Of a stretch of DNA of 64,000 bases, positions 61,340 through 64,000 are shown piece by piece; position 1 is the first letter of the stretch, and every line of letters starts with the position of its first letter. The position numbers were made by a program, and so were the translations under genes. The notes under the pieces are model-generated. The model made no database searches and was not told the DNA's origin. It saw only the letters and a list, made by a program, of their open reading frames with translations. Source of the DNA: an uncultured candidate division Zixibacteria bacterium (GTDB lineage: Bacteria; Zixibacteria; MSB-5A5; UBA10806); contig CAWFQL010000012.1 of NCBI GenBank assembly GCA_963817915.1, positions 160,001 to 224,000 of the forward strand. Reading direction: 5' to 3'.

Positions 61340-61745
61340 ACCAGGCTGCGATGATTACGCCAGATATGATCAGGCCAACGGCATGGTAACCGACGTTGAT
61401 GCATAACAAGGTGCAGGAACGACGTTCAAAAAGATTATTGATAACTGCCGGGGCCAGAATAAAGCAAACTCCGGCAAGCACTGCGACCAGGACGCCGTCA
61501 CCAACCGTATTTTCGCCGATCCAGACCAAAATCCGGGCAATTCCATAAGCGGCGATAAAACTCCATACAAATGACCATAGAAATGACATCGGCTTGAAGT
61601 CCGCCTTCACCTGCTCCTCGGTTTTGCCGATACCTTTCATCCACTGCTTGCCGAAAAGGGCCTTGTTGAACCACAACGCCCCTAAAATCCAATAAGCCGC
61701 CGCCGAAACCAATACGCTCAAATAATTAACATGTCCCATCTGCAT
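61338..61745 (-). CDS. DUF1761-like membrane protein
   Basis: GGAGG RBS; VNYLSVLVSAAAYWILGALWF..LFGKQWM...INVGY. Confidence 0.8.
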   Translation of the reverse strand: MQMGHVNYLSVLVSAAAYWILGALWFNKALFGKQWMKGIGKTEEQVKADFKPMSFLWSFVWSFIAAYGIARILVWIGENTVGDGVLVAVLAGVCFILAPAVINNLFERRSCTLLCINVGYHAVGLIISGVIIAAW

Positions 61746-61886
61746 GACTATGCCTCCATGAAGATTGAAAGGTTTTTCAATCGCTCTATTTCAAAATGTG
61801 TGACTTTGATTTTCATTTACGGAAATGATGGGGGATGATTAGACAAAGCTCAAGATGTTTTTTGGATTTTTGACTAGTGAGGAATG

Positions 61887-63125
61887 TTATCGAAGTCGCT
61901 TAAACGCCAGACAGCAATTCCGGCCGCCGAAGCTCGAATTTACAGATAGAGCGGCTGATAATGATACCGACCTCGAAGCGCCGTTGAAGCAATTAATATC
62001 GCACAACGGGTCTCGGGGATAGCAATTGAGAGTTGGAGGCACGACTTGGCTTTTAATGGAGATTGCCACGATTGCGGCCTCAACTGCACCACATGCGCCA
62101 AGCAGATGGCCGGTCACAGACTTGGTGGAGCCGCAAAGAGGCTGTGAATCGATTGAGCCAAAGACATTCGAGATCGCGCGCGATTCGGAGAGATCATTGC
62201 TAATCGTGGCCGTGCCATGAAGATTGATATAACCAATGTTGTTGGACGTCACTCCGCTATTTTCGATTGCCTGAAAGATCGCCTTTGACAGCATGGCGGC
62301 CTCGGGATCGGGAGAGGTCGGATGATAGGCGTCGGTATTTTCCGCAAATCCTGCCAATTCGCAATAAATATTAGCATTCCTCTTGATAGCGTGTTCGAGC
62401 TCTTCAATCGCCAGGTACGCCGCCCCCTCGCCCAAAACAAATCCATCGCGATCCGCGGCAAATGGCCTGCAGGCTCCCGCCGGATCGTCATTTCTTCTAG
62501 ATAAAATTCCAGCATTGGAGAATGGCACCATCAGGTCTTTTTGAATTGGCGCTTCAGTTCCGCCAGCTAAAACAAAATCTAGTTCGCCATTTTGAATTGC
62601 TTTCAATCCCCATCCGATCGCGCTCGTTGACGATACGCTACCATGAGAAAGAGTTATTGCCGGTCCCCTGAATCCGTATTTCAGCGAAAGCGAGGCCGAT
62701 GAATTGCCGCACATTCCGTATATCAGCATCGTTGGGCCGCCGCGGCTATGATCGCCTTGTAGATATTCCGCATGTTGCTTAAGAATGATGCCGAGAGTGT
62801 TCATTGAAGAGCCGTCGATAACTCCGCATCTCTCTGGGTCAATAAAATTCGTATCAAGTCCGGAATCCGAAATCGCCAGATCGGAGGCTACCAGCGCGAA
62901 CTGCGCCGACCGATCAAGACGTCTGGCCAATTTCGGGGCAATGAACTTCGACGGATCAAAATCGCGAATCTCCGCCGCGATTTTTACAGGGGTACCATTT
63001 GGCGAAAAAGCTGAGATAGTTTTAGCTGCCGATTTGCAGGAGGTCACGTCTTCCCAAAGAGCTTTATGGCCAATACCGCATGGGGTCAGCGCACCTAATC
63101 CTGTAATAACGCAACGCCGTTTCAT
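61887..63125 (-). CDS. FabF-like beta-ketoacyl synthase with Cys-to-Ser active site
   Basis: VITGLG, DRDGFVLGEGA, YINLHGTAT, KSVTGHLLGA and NSSFGG. SHGSVSS replaces the usual xTACAS motif. Confidence 0.85.
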   Translation of the reverse strand: MKRRCVITGLGALTPCGIGHKALWEDVTSCKSAAKTISAFSPNGTPVKIAAEIRDFDPSKFIAPKLARRLDRSAQFALVASDLAISDSGLDTNFIDPERCGVIDGSSMNTLGIILKQHAEYLQGDHSRGGPTMLIYGMCGNSSASLSLKYGFRGPAITLSHGSVSSTSAIGWGLKAIQNGELDFVLAGGTEAPIQKDLMVPFSNAGILSRRNDDPAGACRPFAADRDGFVLGEGAAYLAIEELEHAIKRNANIYCELAGFAENTDAYHPTSPDPEAAMLSKAIFQAIENSGVTSNNIGYINLHGTATISNDLSESRAISNVFGSIDSQPLCGSTKSVTGHLLGACGAVEAAIVAISIKSQVVPPTLNCYPRDPLCDINCFNGASRSVSLSAALSVNSSFGGRNCCLAFKRLR

Positions 63126-64000
63126 TTATCATCACTCATTTCAGCATTAGCTGATGGCATGATTAAATTATAATTGTCATTTAATTTTCTCAGCGTAAAT
63201 TGACCATAGGCGCCGGGATCCTTCATCAAATGGGAAATAAGCTCTTTCTGCGGCTCCCCGGTGGCGAGAACATGTATTGTGTAATATCCGGTACTTTTCA
63301 GTACGATTGATCTATCGTATCCATCTCTTAATGGCGGGGCGGAAAATTCTAAGTCAGCCCAATCCCGCCTTGACGGCATATCGTAATAATCGCCATCATT
63401 TTGAGTAAGAGATTCAAGTTGATTTTTGCCATATGAATCATTTGCGAGAGCAGGCGATAATTCGGTAATGTTAATCGGCACATCCGGGGTGTAATCTGCC
63501 AATACGCTGTTTATCATCCAGAAGCCTGCAGTAGACTCCAAACGGATTTTAAGCGCATCACCCGGTATTTCGCGAATGTCGATCATTACCGCTTGATCCT
63601 TAGGCACGCTCGGACCGACCTCCCATACAAAATCGGCGTATTGCCAGGTCTGACCATTCCAGATTTGAATTACGAGCATCCCCTCTCTTACCATGATAGC
63701 CTGAAGTTTTTGGCGGGCTTCGACTGAATTATTCATCAGATCGTACCATTTATCTAATTCCGAGCCCTGCAATTTCAGCATCTCTCCCTGCATATATGCG
63801 CCCCAATTGGTGTTTTGCAGATTAAACGCCAATTTCACAAAATCGCTTTTAGCAGGTCGGGGAAAGTCGAGAGTAATGCCATCTCGAACCTCGGAAATAT
63901 TGTCAGGATTCCGTCCGAATGGGTTGCTTACCCAGAAATCCGAATCCTTTTTATAAACGAACCTGATGATATTATTTCCATTAAAATCAAAAGCCTTTGT
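63122..64000 (-). CDS. Hypothetical protein (5' end beyond window)
   Basis: Frame is open from 64000 to the stop at 63122, which overlaps the ketosynthase start (ATGA). Confidence 0.75.
   Translation of the reverse strand, partial: TKAFDFNGNNIIRFVYKKDSDFWVSNPFGRNPDNISEVRDGITLDFPRPAKSDFVKLAFNLQNTNWGAYMQGEMLKLQGSELDKWYDLMNNSVEARQKLQAIMVREGMLVIQIWNGQTWQYADFVWEVGPSVPKDQAVMIDIREIPGDALKIRLESTAGFWMINSVLADYTPDVPINITELSPALANDSYGKNQLESLTQNDGDYYDMPSRRDWADLEFSAPPLRDGYDRSIVLKSTGYYTIHVLATGEPQKELISHLMKDPGAYGQFTLRKLNDNYNLIMPSANAEMSDDK

Overview
This is a gene-dense bacterial chromosome segment, probably from an FCB-group diderm. Cys-rich GD(A/V)NG dockerin tails, a PorV-like gene, an 'NYPNPFNP' sorting domain and a short Bacteroidota-style RpoD are consistent with candidate phylum Zixibacteria (inference). 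Housekeeping content includes pyrK-pyrD-pyrF, ridA, mutM, kdsB-pyrG-kdsA, kdsC-kdsD-lpxL-lptC-lptB-rpoN-hpf-hprK, two HtrA proteases, an ECF sigma operon, a GH57 enzyme and two tRNA-Lys genes. The main points of interest are: (1) a secreted Omp28/thioredoxin-like, dockerin-tailed protein missed by the ORF track, with an in-frame TGA in a UxxC motif followed by a SECIS-like hairpin (probable selenoprotein); (2) a tandemly duplicated four-gene uncharacterised membrane system (FN3+DUF6754-like protein plus three membrane proteins); (3) a clustered spt/bCerS/CerR-like ceramide pathway in a genome that also has LPS genes; (4) a 1.15-kb single-gene islet bounded by a 51-bp repeat of the tRNA-Lys 3' end, with no integrase; (5) a FabF-like ketosynthase with a Cys-to-Ser active site. 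Four genes' worth of single-base (+1) frameshifts, one in kdsB, suggest sequencing or assembly indel errors. All family assignments come from motif recognition by eye; no database searches were run.
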